Below are positions 26,233-38,851 of a stretch of DNA of 64,000 nt, one piece after another (the first letter of the stretch is position 1; each line of letters opens with the position of its first letter). The notes below the pieces were generated by a model, which made no database searches, was not told the origin of the DNA, and saw only the letters and a program-made list of their open reading frames with translations. The DNA is from Eledone cirrhosa (taxonomy: Eukaryota), in NCBI GenBank assembly GCA_964016885.1, contig OZ024748.1, positions 28,396,001 to 28,460,000 on the forward strand, read 5' to 3'. The translations under genes and the position numbers were made by a program.

Positions 26233-27495
26233 AATAAAAGAACTACTATGCGGTCAGTTGACGTGCTAGAAATACTAGTTAAGTCTTGTCCTTACTAGCT
26301 TTAAGAAAAATGGAACAGCACTCGGGGTGTGCGGGGGCATAGACACGCCCCCCCCGACCCTTATTTGACAGCCGTGGTAGTCCAGATGATACCATACATT
26401 CTCCCGGGATGACTATACTCACGCCTATTGAAGGACATTGGAAAATGAAATCCGTGATACGTCTGATTAAAATCCCCACCACCACTACAACAACAATGCT
26501 ATCACATCACCTCCACCATTCCATGCCAGCAACAACAGTAAGACTCCCAGAACAACTACAACAGCAATGCCACCAATACTACCACCTCCATATGATATAT
26601 ACATATATATAGAAACGCCACAACTACAAACCACCATATATAGTATACCCAATCATACAGTTGTTCCTATCACAACATCCAATCTTAAGGCAGCAGTAAA
26701 AACTTCTCGACAAACAATCTACCGTTTCCTGTCTCTTATAAATGGTGTCTTTGTCTTGTACAGTGTTATAGTGGTGGTGACGCTGGTTGTGCGTGATGGT
26801 AAAGGTGGTGGTAGTGGTGGTGGGGTGGGATTGATAGTAGAGCTTATGGTGTGGTGGTGGGGGGGGGGGGGTAGTTGTTATAATGGTGGTGGTGGTGGTG
26901 GTGGTGGTGGTGGTGGTTAGGGTTATGGTTGTAGTCGTGGTACTGGTAGTACTAATACTGGTGCAGGTGCAAGTGGTGGTAGTGCTGGTAGTGCTGGTGG
27001 TGGCGATGGTTTTATTTTGATTTAATTAACATTATTGCTAGATTAGCTATTTACTTACATTGCTGCCGTTTGCTGTTGTTACTGCTACTGTTGTTGTTGT
27101 TGTTGTTGTTGTTGGCGTTGTTGTTGTTGTTGCTGCTGCTGCTATTGTCGTTGTTCATAGTGTTGTTGTTGCTGTTGTAGATAATATTGCAGTTGTTGTT
27201 GCTACGGTTGTTGTTGCTACTGATGTTGTTGCTGCTACGGTTGTTGTTGCTACTGATGTTGTTGTTAATGTTATTGTTGAAATTGTTATGTAGGTATATG
27301 TTGATGTAGGTATATTTTCTGTTTTTGTTGTTGTTGTTGCTGCCATGCTCCTCGACTTTCAATTCAATGTACACATTTAATCGAACTTTGTTAATTGAAG
27401 AACTGAAGTTTCTACCAGAGTTGCGGCCCTTTCAGAAAGTAAGCCTCCTTGCCGGACTTAAGAATCTCACACCGATTTAGGTACATATGTATACG

Positions 27496-27559
<64 letters not shown>

Positions 27560-27916
27560 CACGCACACACACACACACACACAGTTACACACTCACACAT
27601 GGGCTTCCGCATAGTTTCCGTTTAATAATGTCTACACCCAAAGTACTAGCCAACTTGCAGCTGTGGTAGAGGATACCTTCCCAGTGTGCCTTGGGTTGGG
27701 CTTGAAACCAGAAAACCACGTGGTCACGAAACAGTTGTTGATGTAACAACCAAGCAGGAGGCGTTAATCGGTGGTGGGGGGGGGGCGTTTTAGGCCGGGT
27801 GCTGGGCCTTAACAGAGGGGTGGACAGTGTTTTTGAGGATGATGATAATGATGATGTTGGTGACAGTCCTGATAGTAATGATAATGATGATGATGATGGT
27901 GATGATGATGATAACA

Positions 27917-28095
27917 ATTGTTTCTACTGTTGGCACAAGGCCAGCAATTACTCCACTACATTACTGGTACTTTATTTTATCGACCCCTTTAAGGATGAAA
28001 GGCAAAGTTAACCTCTGCGGGAATTGAACTCAGACCATAAAGGGGCGTAACTCTATGCTGCAAAGCATAGCGTCCGACCCTCTACTGATACTGCC
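27917..28095 (-). mobile_element. tRNA-derived SINE family 1
   Basis: Reverse complement of the 15747-15943 consensus, embedded in (GAT)n. Confidence 0.8.
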
Positions 28096-28099
28096 CCAA

Positions 28100-28513
28100 G
28101 ATAATAATGATCATGGTGATGATAGTGATGATGTTGAACATGATAGTAGTAGTTTCGTTGATGATGATGATGATGACGACGATGATGATGCTGGTAATGA
28201 TGATAGTAATGATGATGATGGTAATGATGGTGGTAATGATGATGATGGTGATGATGATGATGATGATGATGATGATGGTGGTAATGATGGTGGTAATGAT
28301 GATGATGGTGACGATGATGGTAATGATGATGGTGATGATGATGATAGTGTTGGTGATGATGGTGACGATGATGGTAATGATGATGGTAATGATGATGGTG
28401 ATGATGATGATGATGGTGGTGGTGGTGATGATGATGATAATGATGATGATAGTGATGGTGATGATGACGGTCCTGATAATGATGATGATGGTGGTGGTGA
28501 TGGTGATAATGAT
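28100..28513. repeat. (GAT/GGT)n low-complexity tract
   Basis: Direct inspection. It explains the poly-D, poly-H and poly-M ORFs. Confidence 0.95.
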
Positions 28514-29420
28514 GCTTCTGTTTAGAATAGAAGAGAAGAGGTGAATGAGATAAGAGATGCTGAAGATGAAATCCCGGATGCTGTTCCGAAAGACTGGTCA
28601 CACATAATGACATTATTGTATTTCCAATGTCAGGAGAGTTCCATACTTGATGGTAGTGGTGGTGGTGGTGGGGGGGGGGGGGGGGGTATGGTGGGGTGCT
28701 GATGGAGTTAGTGGTAGTATTGGTGTTGGTAGTAGTTGTGTTAGTAATGGTGATATTGTTAGTGTTGATGCGCTGGCAGTGTTAGTGGTGTTGGTGCTGA
28801 TGTGGCGGTGTGTTGGCAGTAGTGGAGGTGTCTGTGTTGATGTTGATGAGGTGGCATGCTGGTAGTGGTGATGGTGTTGGTGTTGATGCGGTGATGTGTT
28901 GGTAGTATTGTGTTGGCTGTGTGAAGGTGGGAGTGATAATGTTGGTGTTGTTGCAGTAGTGTGTAGGCTGATACTCATATCAAAGTGCTGAGTTCCCCAG
29001 CCAGCTCTTATCCAGAACCTCGTCATTCGTACCAAATCCTAGCCTTCTATTTAGTGTAAAAGTTGACGATTGGTGACCACGCTGTCCACTAGAGAACATT
29101 CTCAAAGCCGCGTCAGTGTTCGGACCCCGTAGCTATTTCTCTCGTTCGTTCGTTCCAATTACTTCCGCCATCCACCGCCGCGCCTCCATCTTTCGACCTT
29201 TTTTTTTTCTTTCGACTCGTATTTTTTCTCGTTGGCAACCGCCGCCTGGAGGGGCGGATCGTGTCGTTCGTGAGAAGAGACTCAAATGCTCTACTAAGCA
29301 CCTCACTCCGAACGGCAAGCCGAGTCGTATACAAGAGCAAAACACTCCGACGATGAGGGTTTCAGTTAAGAAGATCAACGGAATACCCTGAGCTGCTCAC
29401 AGATATGTATACCTGTGACA

Positions 29421-29640
29421 CCTTGGTACTGTGTGGAGTAGGATCAATTCCCGTCCCGTTATATACACGTCCTACCTTGGTACTGTGTGTACTGGGATCC
29501 TCCCATTCTATATTGGTCATAGATTGATACTGTGTGGATTGGGATTCCCTCTTGAAAAACGCCCTACCTTGGTACTGTGTGGACTGGGATTCCCCCTTGA
29601 AAAACGCCCTACTTTGGTACTATGTGGACTGGAATCCCCG
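29421..29640. repeat. Short tandem repeat, ~42-54-bp unit (ccttggtactgtgtggactgggattcc...)
   Basis: About five related copies. Two nearly exact 42-bp units lie at ~29528-29612. Confidence 0.8.
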
Positions 29641-29899
29641 TTGCAGGCCACTGGTAGCACAAGATATCCATTTGTGAATTCCACTGTTACTATTGTTACA
29701 ATACATTTGATCAAGAGCGTGGATATTTGTATTCGAGTAGCGCCTATTTTTATTTCATTAGAAGCATATCATATTGAGCCTTAATATTGGCCTTATATCA
29801 TGTGGCTGAATTTTTTTAAATGTTTATAATGTTCTATTTTAATTTCAATAATGTTTATATTTTTTGGTAATGTTCTTGGTGTTGTTAGGGTGTAGTAAT

Positions 29900-32070
29900 T
29901 TTTGTCTGTAATCTCTGTGTGCTGCTTTATAAGTTCTAAGAGTTCTTTATTTGCCATGTTTATGGCTGTGTAACGTTTTTTGGGGGGTTGGTTTTGTTTC
30001 TGTTTTCTTGTTGCTGCTGTTGGGTATGTTTGTCTTGTGTTTGCGATTTTGGTGGTGGTGGTGTGGTTGTTGTTGGGAGTGATGCTTGTGGTGGTGATGG
30101 TGGTGGTGGTGGTGTGGTGGTTGTTGGTGGTAATGGTGGTGGCGTTGTTGCGTGTCGCCTTGCAGCCTTTGTCCCTCTTTGTTTGCCCTCGATTTTGGAG
30201 GGCGAAGCTAAGGGGTTCTTTCTTTTTTGTGGCAGACTATTTGCCACTTCACTCCCGCCTCACACTCCATGTCAGATTCCATGGCCTCTGGGAGGGGTAT
30301 ATGCTCCATGGCTGTTGATGGTGGTAGTATAGCCCTCTCCGGCGATTTTGTTGCTGGTGCAGCTACTGCAAATGTAGCTACTGGTGTTGTCGCCACCGCT
30401 GCCGCTGTTTTAGTTGTCCGTGGCCTTGATATGGGTGCCACGGGTTGCCCTCCTACTCACCGTGGAGGGGTCTGATGCCTCTATTGCCTGCCCTGCTCTT
30501 GGAAGCAGCGGAACAGGCGTCGGAAAGTGGTGGTGGTGGTGGTGGTGGGGTGGGGTGGGGGCTTTTTCTTCGCATTCTTCTGCAGGTAAAAGGCCCTCAG
30601 GTGACCCTTTGACCCATAGAGATAGCACTTTGGGCGCCTTCCTTCCACGCTTATAGGGAGTTGGACTCCTTTCTCGGGGTCTATAATGTGCGAGATAGCC
30701 TCGATACACTCCTGGTCAGTTTGTATTAGCATTTGCATGCCTAGACCTGACCAGTTCTCTCCCTCTTTTCTGTATTTGTAGCATGGTCGTCCTGTCCTCG
30801 ATTCCAGCAAGGACAGACGCGGCCAGCCAAGGTATGGGCACGTCGGACGGGACTTGGGTCACTTTGACCCTCACAATTTTCTGCCCGCAATAGGAGGGCA
30901 CCAAGACTATCTCTTTACTCTTTAGGGTTACCAATGTGTGAGACTTCACCTCTTGGGGGTGGCAAAAAGTACGTCTACTGTGGCACACTTTTTGCCTCGG
31001 ATGATGTGGGTTTTGTGTGCCTAGGCGCACCCCAAGGCCTTTTGAATTTGAACCTCCGTGGCTCTCTCCACCCGATGTGATATTTTGCTTACAGTACACG
31101 GTAAGTTACCGTCCGTAACTGGTGGTCCTTGAAAAAATGGGTGGAGGTTTCAGGGAGACTCGATTGGCCTTTCTCGTCGCCATGGCCCTTGCGACGGCCA
31201 TCTCCTCCGTGACTAGCACTGTTTCGATATTTCGGGCCACACCTGCAAAAGAAGTGGCCCCTTTTTCAGTGGCACCATTATTGCTGCCGCTACTGCTGCT
31301 ACTGGTCTTGCTGTTGGTGCTGGGATCGTTGTTACTGGTATTGATGTCATTGTTGTTGTTTTCTTTGGTACTGTTGCTGTTGTTATTGTTGTTATTGTTG
31401 TTGTTTTCGTTGATACTGTTGCTGTTGTTATTGTTGTTGTTTTCGTTGATACTGTTGCTGTTGTTATTGTTGTTGTTTTCGTTGGTACTGTTGCTGTTGT
31501 TATTGTTGTTGTTTTCGTTGATACTGTTGCTATTGTTATTGTTGTTGTTTTCGTTGATACTGTTCCCACTATTATTGTTGTTGTGGCTGTTGTTATTGTC
31601 ATTGTTATTGTCTTTCTCGTCCTTATCGCTGTTATTTTTGTTGTTGCTGTTGTTATAGATGGTGTTGTTGGTGTTATTGTTGGTGTTATTTGTGTTAGTA
31701 ATACTTGGTATTTTTAAATCTGAAACAATATCATTAAAAAGGATTTTGTTTCTCTTTTCTTTCGTAATATTTTCTCTTATATTTACCTTCGCTAGAACGC
31801 TGTCTTGTTGACATGTTGACAAAGTCTCCCTCTCTCTGAGTTGTCTGACAGCGCTCTCTCTCTTTTTTGTGTTATCCATGTTTGATGTAAAAAAATTTTT
31901 TTTCAAGTAAAGGGGTGTCGTATTATTTACGAGTGAAACCCCTGTATTAAGTGGGTCACTTCTTTTAAACTCTTATAAAGTTTAAAACTTGAATAAAAGG
32001 TTAGGAACGGTTGAAATCGATGAAAACTGTTGAAAAAACTGGAGCCGATAAGAAGCGTGGCTTCACCTTC
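29900..32070 (-). mobile_element. Tx1 5'UTR + decayed ORF1 (no ORF2), 5' end abutting (TTA)n
   Basis: Asn-rich N-terminus, PSYCGQKIVRVKV and ISVEGRRPKCYLYGSKGHLRAF match the ORF1 of Tx1-A. Confidence 0.8.
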
Positions 32071-32092
32071 AATAATAATAATAATAATAATA

Positions 32093-33648
32093 GTTTAATC
32101 TATTGCCCACAAGGGCCGACATATGGGGGACAATACAATAGACAGGGACTGTGGTGGTTTACATATACAACGTGTAAAAAATATAAACAACAATAACAAA
32201 ATAACAAGAAAAATACAATGAAAATTGCCCAATAGTGGGGATAACTATCCCGTGTTGACTCAAGTACTCCACCAGACGTTTCGGGGGCACCCAGGAAGGG
32301 CACCCCTCTTCCCCTCAAATTAACCAGCCTCCAACAGGCGCATGGTCAGAGTAGGCCCATTCACACGGGCCATTCTCGCCACATTCACCCACCTTTCAGA
32401 AAATGTACAGGGGGGGGGGGGGGGGGCAGCACTTCTCTCTCTCTCTCCACCCACATCTTCCTTTCCACGTGAAACTTGAAAAAGTGGATAAAGGATTGGC
32501 TGAAGAGAAAAGTGTCTGCCTTCAGTCCTTTCAACCTGGTCCACCATACAATCTCTTTCGCTACTGCCACCAGACAGAGGAACATTGCCTGCAGGTCGAT
32601 CTTCACTATGGACTCGGCCGATTGACAGATCCGTTCTGCACGCAACAACAACTGTTCGACATAACACCACAAGTCGCTGCCATGGCTTTCCACTATTCAG
32701 CGTCATCACATTCTCTATCAGATTTAGCGATATCGGAAAGAGGCATGCTGTCCATTGGTCTTGTTAGCGCTGTTGGTGGTGGAAATGATGTTCTTGTCAT
32801 TGGTGTCGCCGGTGGTGGTAGTTTTTCCGCCACTGCGGCCTCGGGTGGTTTGGCCATTCCCGTCGCGGGACACGGCGTAGGGAGAAAGGAGCATGCCAGG
32901 CTTGTTGAGTTTGGGGCAGAAGGCCTTAAGGTGTGTTTTGTTTCCACACCCGTGACACCTTGGGTGTCTACTTTCGATAGTCACGGGTAGATGGCTGCCG
33001 TCGTCCAGGTAGATCACATCGGGAATGGACTGTATGCTCTCGTGGTCTGCTTGGATGATTAGCTCAATCCCCGAGCCTGACCAGGTTTCTTGTCTTAACG
33101 CATGACTTCTAGGATTGTTGTTAACTCCTCGACGTCAGCGGGGACGGCCGCTATCAGCCAAGCGATATCCACTGATGAGGGCGGAACCTGGCTCACTCGG
33201 ACCCTCGTGACTCTCTGGCCGCAGTATTTGGGCACCACCACTATTTCGTCACTGTGGTTGGTGTAATGGAGTGTGCTCTGGCTTCTTTGGGTGTAGCGAA
33301 AAGAACATCCACTGTGCCATACTTCAATCCTCGGTTTATGTAGGATTTTTGTGCCCAGACGGCACCCATAACCCTTTGGACCTGGGACTCGGTCGCCCAT
33401 TCCATCCGGCGCGATTTGAGTTCAAGTGTGGTACAAGACCGTACACAGACGTCAGTTTTTCATGACGTCGGGTGGGTGAGGCTGACCCTGTGTCCGCTTT
33501 TCTTGACCAGCATCTTGGTCTGCCTCATCTCCGTGTCACTGACGTGTACTCGTTCAACATTTTTGGCAGTCTTCACGAATAATGTAGCTTGGGTGGCTCC
33601 TGCCTGCTGTGGGGTTTCGTCTTTTCTACTGCTTTTGTTGTTATTGTT

Positions 33649-33708
<60 letters not shown>

Positions 33709-35412
33709 AGTATTGTTGACATGATTGCAGTCGTTGGTGTTGCTGTAGTTATTGCTGGTGCTGTTGTCGTTTTTGTTCACGATTGTTTTTACTGTTGTTG
33801 GTACTGCTGTCGCTGTTGCTGTTGTCGTTGGTGTTGTCATTTTTTGTTTATATGTTCTCATCGTTGTTGGTGTTGTTGTTGGTGTTGTTGTTGTTGGTGT
33901 TGTATTTGTTGGTGCTGGTGTTTGCGATATTGCCTCTCCACCCTTAACTTCCTTTCCAAGTGAAACATGAACAAGTTAACGAGGCCTTGGCCGAAAAGAA
34001 AAGTGTCCGTCTTCAGACCTTTCAGTCGCGCGTCCGCCACACAACCTCTTTCACTACAGCTATCAGACAAAGGAAAACTGTCTACTCTTTCCGGCCAAAA
34101 GAAGGCGGCGGGGCGATCTTCAATATGGACTCGGTCGACAGCCGGATCGGTCCCACACGTGATAACGCGATAACATTGCCCGCCTGGTAGAGGGCAGTGA
34201 GCGCCTGGCAACATTCCAGATACCAGTCGCCAAATCTCGGTCTCTTCTTGACCCAGGTCTGCAGCTCAGTCAAAGAGACGAGCTGCGGAAAGGCCCGTCT
34301 CACAAACGGCGATCAAACCTGTTTAGCGTTTAGGCAGAATATATGGAGATGCCGCAGCCACAACGCATATTTGCACATCATTAGCAATGGCATGCGCAGC
34401 CCTCCACGTAGAGGGTGCTGACAGCAGATGGACCGCGCATAGGCAGAACCTGTCCCATCCAAAATATTTTGAAGAGGAGCCGCTCCAATTTGGAGAGGCG
34501 CGAACGAGGGCAAGGCACGACAGTCAGGCGGTTGTACATGACGGACGTGATGTACGCGTTCACAACCTCCACCCGACCTACCTTTCAGGGACAGCTCCCT
34601 CTCGGCCCATTTCTGGATGAGAGTGGTTACCCTAATCGTCACCTCGTCCCAATTCTAGTCCGAATAAAACATCCACCGAATAAAAACCCGAGCAACTTTA
34701 CCAGTCCGTCCGTCCAGCGCCCGACGACGCTGTTGGACGGCATGGACATACGTCTCCAGGAGCCGAGCTGCAAGCCAGCCGACCTTTCTGGGTTTATTTT
34801 CGCTCGTATCAAATTTTCATATTCCTCCAATAAGGTGCCGACAACCTCGATTTCCGGGGTGTTCGACACCATTTCTGTGATGTTATCCGCGTATGCCGAC
34901 ACAGTCCTTCCGCGTCCTGGGTAGACCATCCAAACCGGGTGCCTTGCGCCTCGTGCAGCCGAGTAGGGCGTCCAGAATTTCGGCCGAAATAATCGGCCTT
35001 TCGCAGAGCCCGGCATCGGGCGATAAGAGGCGCGGCAGGTCGTCGAGGTAGGGGCTGAAGTCCGCCACCGTCTCCGACCCACCACTACTCTCGAACAACC
35101 GAACAACCTGCTGGCGAAAGACCTCACACATCTGCCTGAAATCGTTCAGCTCGTGTCCATCTCGGTCCGTCAAAACCGAATTGTGGTTTTATTACCACGC
35201 TGCGCTTCCGCCACTCGGGCCCATTGAACAGCTTTGGTTCCCTCATATCTTCAAGCACGCGCCTTAGCTCTGACTTTCCTTGCTGGTCAGGTATCGGCTA
35301 CTCCCGCACAGTCCCAGCATGGATCAAGATGCCGTTCCAGTCCCTCGATAACACTAAATGTTTCCAAATGCCTAAAGAAATCTGGCCGTCCTGCCCAGTC
35401 GGGGCAACACCT
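32093..35412 (-). mobile_element. Scrambled/internally deleted Tx1 pieces ending in a 3'UTR with (TTA)n tail
   Basis: ORF2 pieces at 33930-35412 (SAYAD, LGSWR, ICCQHP) and ORF1 at ~32670-33860 (ESRHPRCHGCGNKTHL). The latter is joined directly to the ORF2 C-terminus and 3'UTR at 32093-32670. Confidence 0.85.
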
Positions 35413-35414
35413 TC

Positions 35415-35855
35415 ACTAAACAATGTGGTCCCCCGGGCAAAAATTTAAAATCTTTTTCAGTCAAGAAAATTTGTGAAACATAAGTAATGCATAGGCAAAG
35501 TTTAAATAAATTGGTTGGTTACTTCTCGAGTTATAGGCCCTAATGCAACCAAAATGCTTCAGAAAATCGGTTTTTCGCCTATTGCGGTCCCTGGGGCAAA
35601 AAGTGAGAAAATCTTTTTTGCTCAAAACACTTTAAACGACATAAGTAATGCACATTTTGAAGAAATCGCCTGGATTATTGTTCCGCTATGCCTCAAAATA
35701 TGCGGTTTTTCGCCTAATGCGGTCCATAGGGCATTGAAAATTTGAAATATTTTTTGCTCAAAACACTCACACGACTATAAGTATTACATGTGTAAAGTTT
35801 GATGCCGTAGAACACGCCAATGGTAGCCGGACGCCAGCCGGACGGGCCAGCTAGT
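35415..35855 (+). mobile_element. Helitron/Helentron-type non-autonomous element with ~3 internal diverged repeats
   Basis: Units start tg(c/t)ggtcc..gggca at ~35424, 35583 and 35718. The element ends in a GC-rich segment followed by CTAG|T. Confidence 0.55.
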
Positions 35856-36051
35856 AAATATATAAATCCGTGGAGCAAATATTTATTATATGATATAATA
35901 TAGACCCCTTTTCATGTAAAAATAAAAAATGTAAAATAACTAACCCTATAATAACCATATATATATATAAAACCGTGGAGCAAATATTTATTATATGATA
36001 TAATAAATATCATATAATAAGTGTATATATATATATATATATATATACACA

Positions 36052-36544
36052 CCATATTTTGGGGAATATAAAATGCACCAGAATATAGGACGCACTTCTT
36101 TATTCATGAATATCCAGGGAAAATAAAATTAAGGGGAATTAACTCTATTAATGCTATTAACATTTTAATCACTTTCAAATCTTATAAAATTATGACTACT
36201 GTCATCCACATTGATTTCCTGGCTGTCACCCTCGCCTAGTTCCTGAAATTCATCATCTTCCTCGCATTCCTTGGTGGTCATCACTCTTTTTAGAATCACT
36301 TGTGTCGCTATCATCATACAGAAAATCATCTTCGGTGCTATCTAGGGCATTGTTGATGCCACATTCTTTTGAAAGCTTATATAACAGTCTCGGTTTTCAC
36401 AGCACCTCTTATTTCCTACTTTCTTATTATAAAACTTTTACATACGGTAATTACTCCAAACCTGACATTCGCTTTATAAGAAGCACAGTGATTTTAAGGG
36501 TCTAATTTTGGAAAAAAGTGCGTCCTATATTCCGAAAAATATGG
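36052..36544. mobile_element. pogo/Tigger-like MITE
   Basis: Imperfect TIRs ccatatttt..ggaatata..gacgcac / gtgcgtcctatattccgaaaaatatgg, with TA at the right end. Confidence 0.7.
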
Positions 36545-36819
36545 TATATCTATCTATCTATCTATCTCTATATATATACATATGTATAAAAGAGGTGGAG
36601 ATTAGACTGCGAACTCCAGCAGTTTTATCTTGTGACTTCTCTATGCTTTAACATACCCACTTCTGTATATTAAAGACATTAAGACTAAATGTAACTGGAT
36701 AGTGACGTATAAGTTCTCTTATTAGGATTACAGAATATTTGTATGTATTAATTAAATATTCATTTGAAAGAGCTGGCAATCAATCCTATGAATGGAAAAT
36801 GGAAATACAATTGTATCAT

Positions 36820-37192
36820 TCATCATCATTCATCATTTTACATCCGCTTTTCCCTGCTTGCAAGGGTGGGACGTGAACTGATTCTGGCTTGATTTCTACA
36901 GCTGGAGGCCCTTCCTAACACCAACCTCATTTACAGTGAGTGCTGGGTGCTTTTTTCCGTGGCGCCTACACGTCCACTTTACAGTGTGGGCTTGGTGCTT
37001 TTTTTCCGTGGCGCCTACGCGTCCACTTTGCAGTGGAATGATAGGGACCCCAGTCCTATCATCTTATTTTTACAGCTGAGTAAACTGGAGCAATGTGAAA
37101 TAAAGTGTCTTGCTCAAGGAAACAACACATCACCCGGTCTGAGAATTGAGCTCACAACCTTTCTATTGCAAGGCCAATGCTCTAACCATGTT
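36820..37192 (-). mobile_element. tRNA-derived SINE (family 2 head and core) with RTE-like tail and (GAT)n end
   Basis: Minus strand reads tggttagagcattgg...ggttgtgagctcaattc...cttgagcaagacactttatttcacattgctcc, then ggaagggcctccagctgtag...gcggatgtaaaatgatgaatgatgatg. Confidence 0.65.
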
Positions 37193-37969
37193 TTGTAATA
37201 TCCTTCAAATTGGTCTAGTAAAATTACAATTTGAACTATTAAGATGGTTAGATTAGAATTCGGCGAAATTTGTGCAAAATTGTATGTTTTGATTCCTCAA
37301 TGCTATCTACGATTAGGAGGGGTGTTTCTAGAAGAGTTGTTTAGCTTCTATGTTCAGAACTTGTAAATTAAAATATGGATTATACTTGTCTATATGATTG
37401 TTAAGAGTTAATGCAATATTACAGATGTATTTATTTATCCTCAGGACTTATTCTACTCAATGCCCTATCATAATAATCCCACGTCTCATCAAATATCTGC
37501 CCATTAAAAGCTCAACTAGATAACCTTTAGGAAATGCTTCTAACTAAATTATTAATAATACGTGAGGTTCAAATTTTCGAACTTACTAAGCACCGAGGAA
37601 ATACATTTATAAAAAGATTTACTCTCCGTATCTTTCTCAACCGCCATAACAACCAATTTATTAAACCTTCATTAAACACCTACATACAGTTACATACACA
37701 ATTAAAGATGTAATAGCGACACCCTGTTAGGGATTTTCACACTCTTGAACAGACGTTGCAGTATGTGTTACAGTCCTGTTTTGGTGCACTTTTAAATGAC
37801 GTTTCAATCCACCAACTGAAGCACACACTTTTCCACACTCCCCACACACAGAAATGCCATACTCAGTCCATAAGATGAGTTCTGTATAAAGTTAGTTCCA
37901 CAACATATTAGCAAACCATCTTCAAGGACAAGTTTTTCACCTAATGGATTTTCAACTCGGTCCTGATTC

Positions 37970-38000
<31 letters not shown>

Positions 38001-38090
38001 ATATATATATATAACGAAGGAATTGTGGTAAGGAACCAGATGGGCCATAACGCACCAAAGTACTCAATACTTAGGGTAGTAGAGTGGGTA

Positions 38091-38209
38091 ATAGGAACAA
38101 GTATGACCCCGACGGCAGAGCTCAAGCCGTTTCGACGGCTATTTCTGGACTCCAGATATAGCCGTCGAAACGGCTTGAGCTCTGCTGTCGGGGTCATACT
38201 TGTTCCTAT
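38091..38209. repeat. 119-bp palindrome made of two hammerhead 3' halves
   Basis: Axis ~38150. Each arm carries GAAA-cggc..gc(c/t)g-TC-gggg. Confidence 0.85.
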
Positions 38210-38276
38210 ATATATATATATATATATATATATAACGCATCGCCTGGTCCAGGTATATATATATATATATATATGG

Positions 38277-38495
38277 TGAAGGCGTGTGGCTGAGTGGTTA
38301 GAGAATTGGATTCGCAATCGCAAGGTTGTGAGTTCGATTCCTGGACCAGGCGATGCGTTATGTTCTTGAGCAAGACACTTTATTTCACGTTGCTCCTTCT
38401 ACCTGGAGTTGCGACCGATAGATAGTATTAGCAATTGGAAAGACCAACGGAAACATTGTTCCCTCGGTCCGATTTGACGAAAGTCGATCGTCCTT
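38277..38495 (+). mobile_element. tRNA-derived SINE family 2 in (TA)n
   Basis: A box tggctgagtgg, B box gagttcgattcc and core cttgagcaagacact. Near-identical to 39817-40032. Confidence 0.85.
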
Positions 38496-38770
38496 TATTA
38501 TTATTATTATATATATATATAAATGAATATAGAGAAATTAATGTGAGCAAGAAGCCAACAGTATTTCATAATATATAAGTGACTATAACGTCAAAATGGA
38601 AAATATTTAACGTAAGATATGGGAAAATAATTCAAACTTAATTTTTAAAAAATCAAGACAGAGATTTTATCCACAGATTTTGTGAAATCCAGGTAAAAAA
38701 CCAATAGAGTCTTAACTCAGAATAAAATAAAGTTTAAATACTCATCCTTCAATTTGGAAAAACTACAAAT

Positions 38771-38851
38771 GCTCTATATAGTCTTAAAAAGACTATTTCA
38801 CGAAACTTTTCAGTGGGATTAGTCACGGTTGGAGTCGTTCATCAGTAGAGC
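38771..38851 (-). ncRNA. Canonical type I hammerhead ribozyme in a ~410-bp insert between (TA)n tracts
   Basis: GCUCUA-CUGAUGA-ACGA..UCGU-GAAA-UAGUCUU uuu AAGACUA-UA-UAGAGC gives a 6-bp stem I, an 8-bp stem III and an AUA triplet. Confidence 0.88.

Noticed and set aside
28560-28605. CTGAAGA...CGAAAGACTGGTC hammerhead-like motif
   Set aside because: Stem III register and stem I pairing are incompatible with the consensus.
28055-28613. Acidic poly-Asp or poly-His protein (biomineralisation-like)
   Set aside because: It is a (GAT)n tract starting inside a SINE, with no splice or gene context.
29421-29640. CRISPR-like repeat array (also 51674-51978)
   Set aside because: These are tandem diverged units without unique spacers, in a eukaryotic context with no cas genes.
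38277-38352. Functional tRNA gene
   Set aside because: The acceptor stem is not formed and the sequence continues into a SINE core present in several copies.
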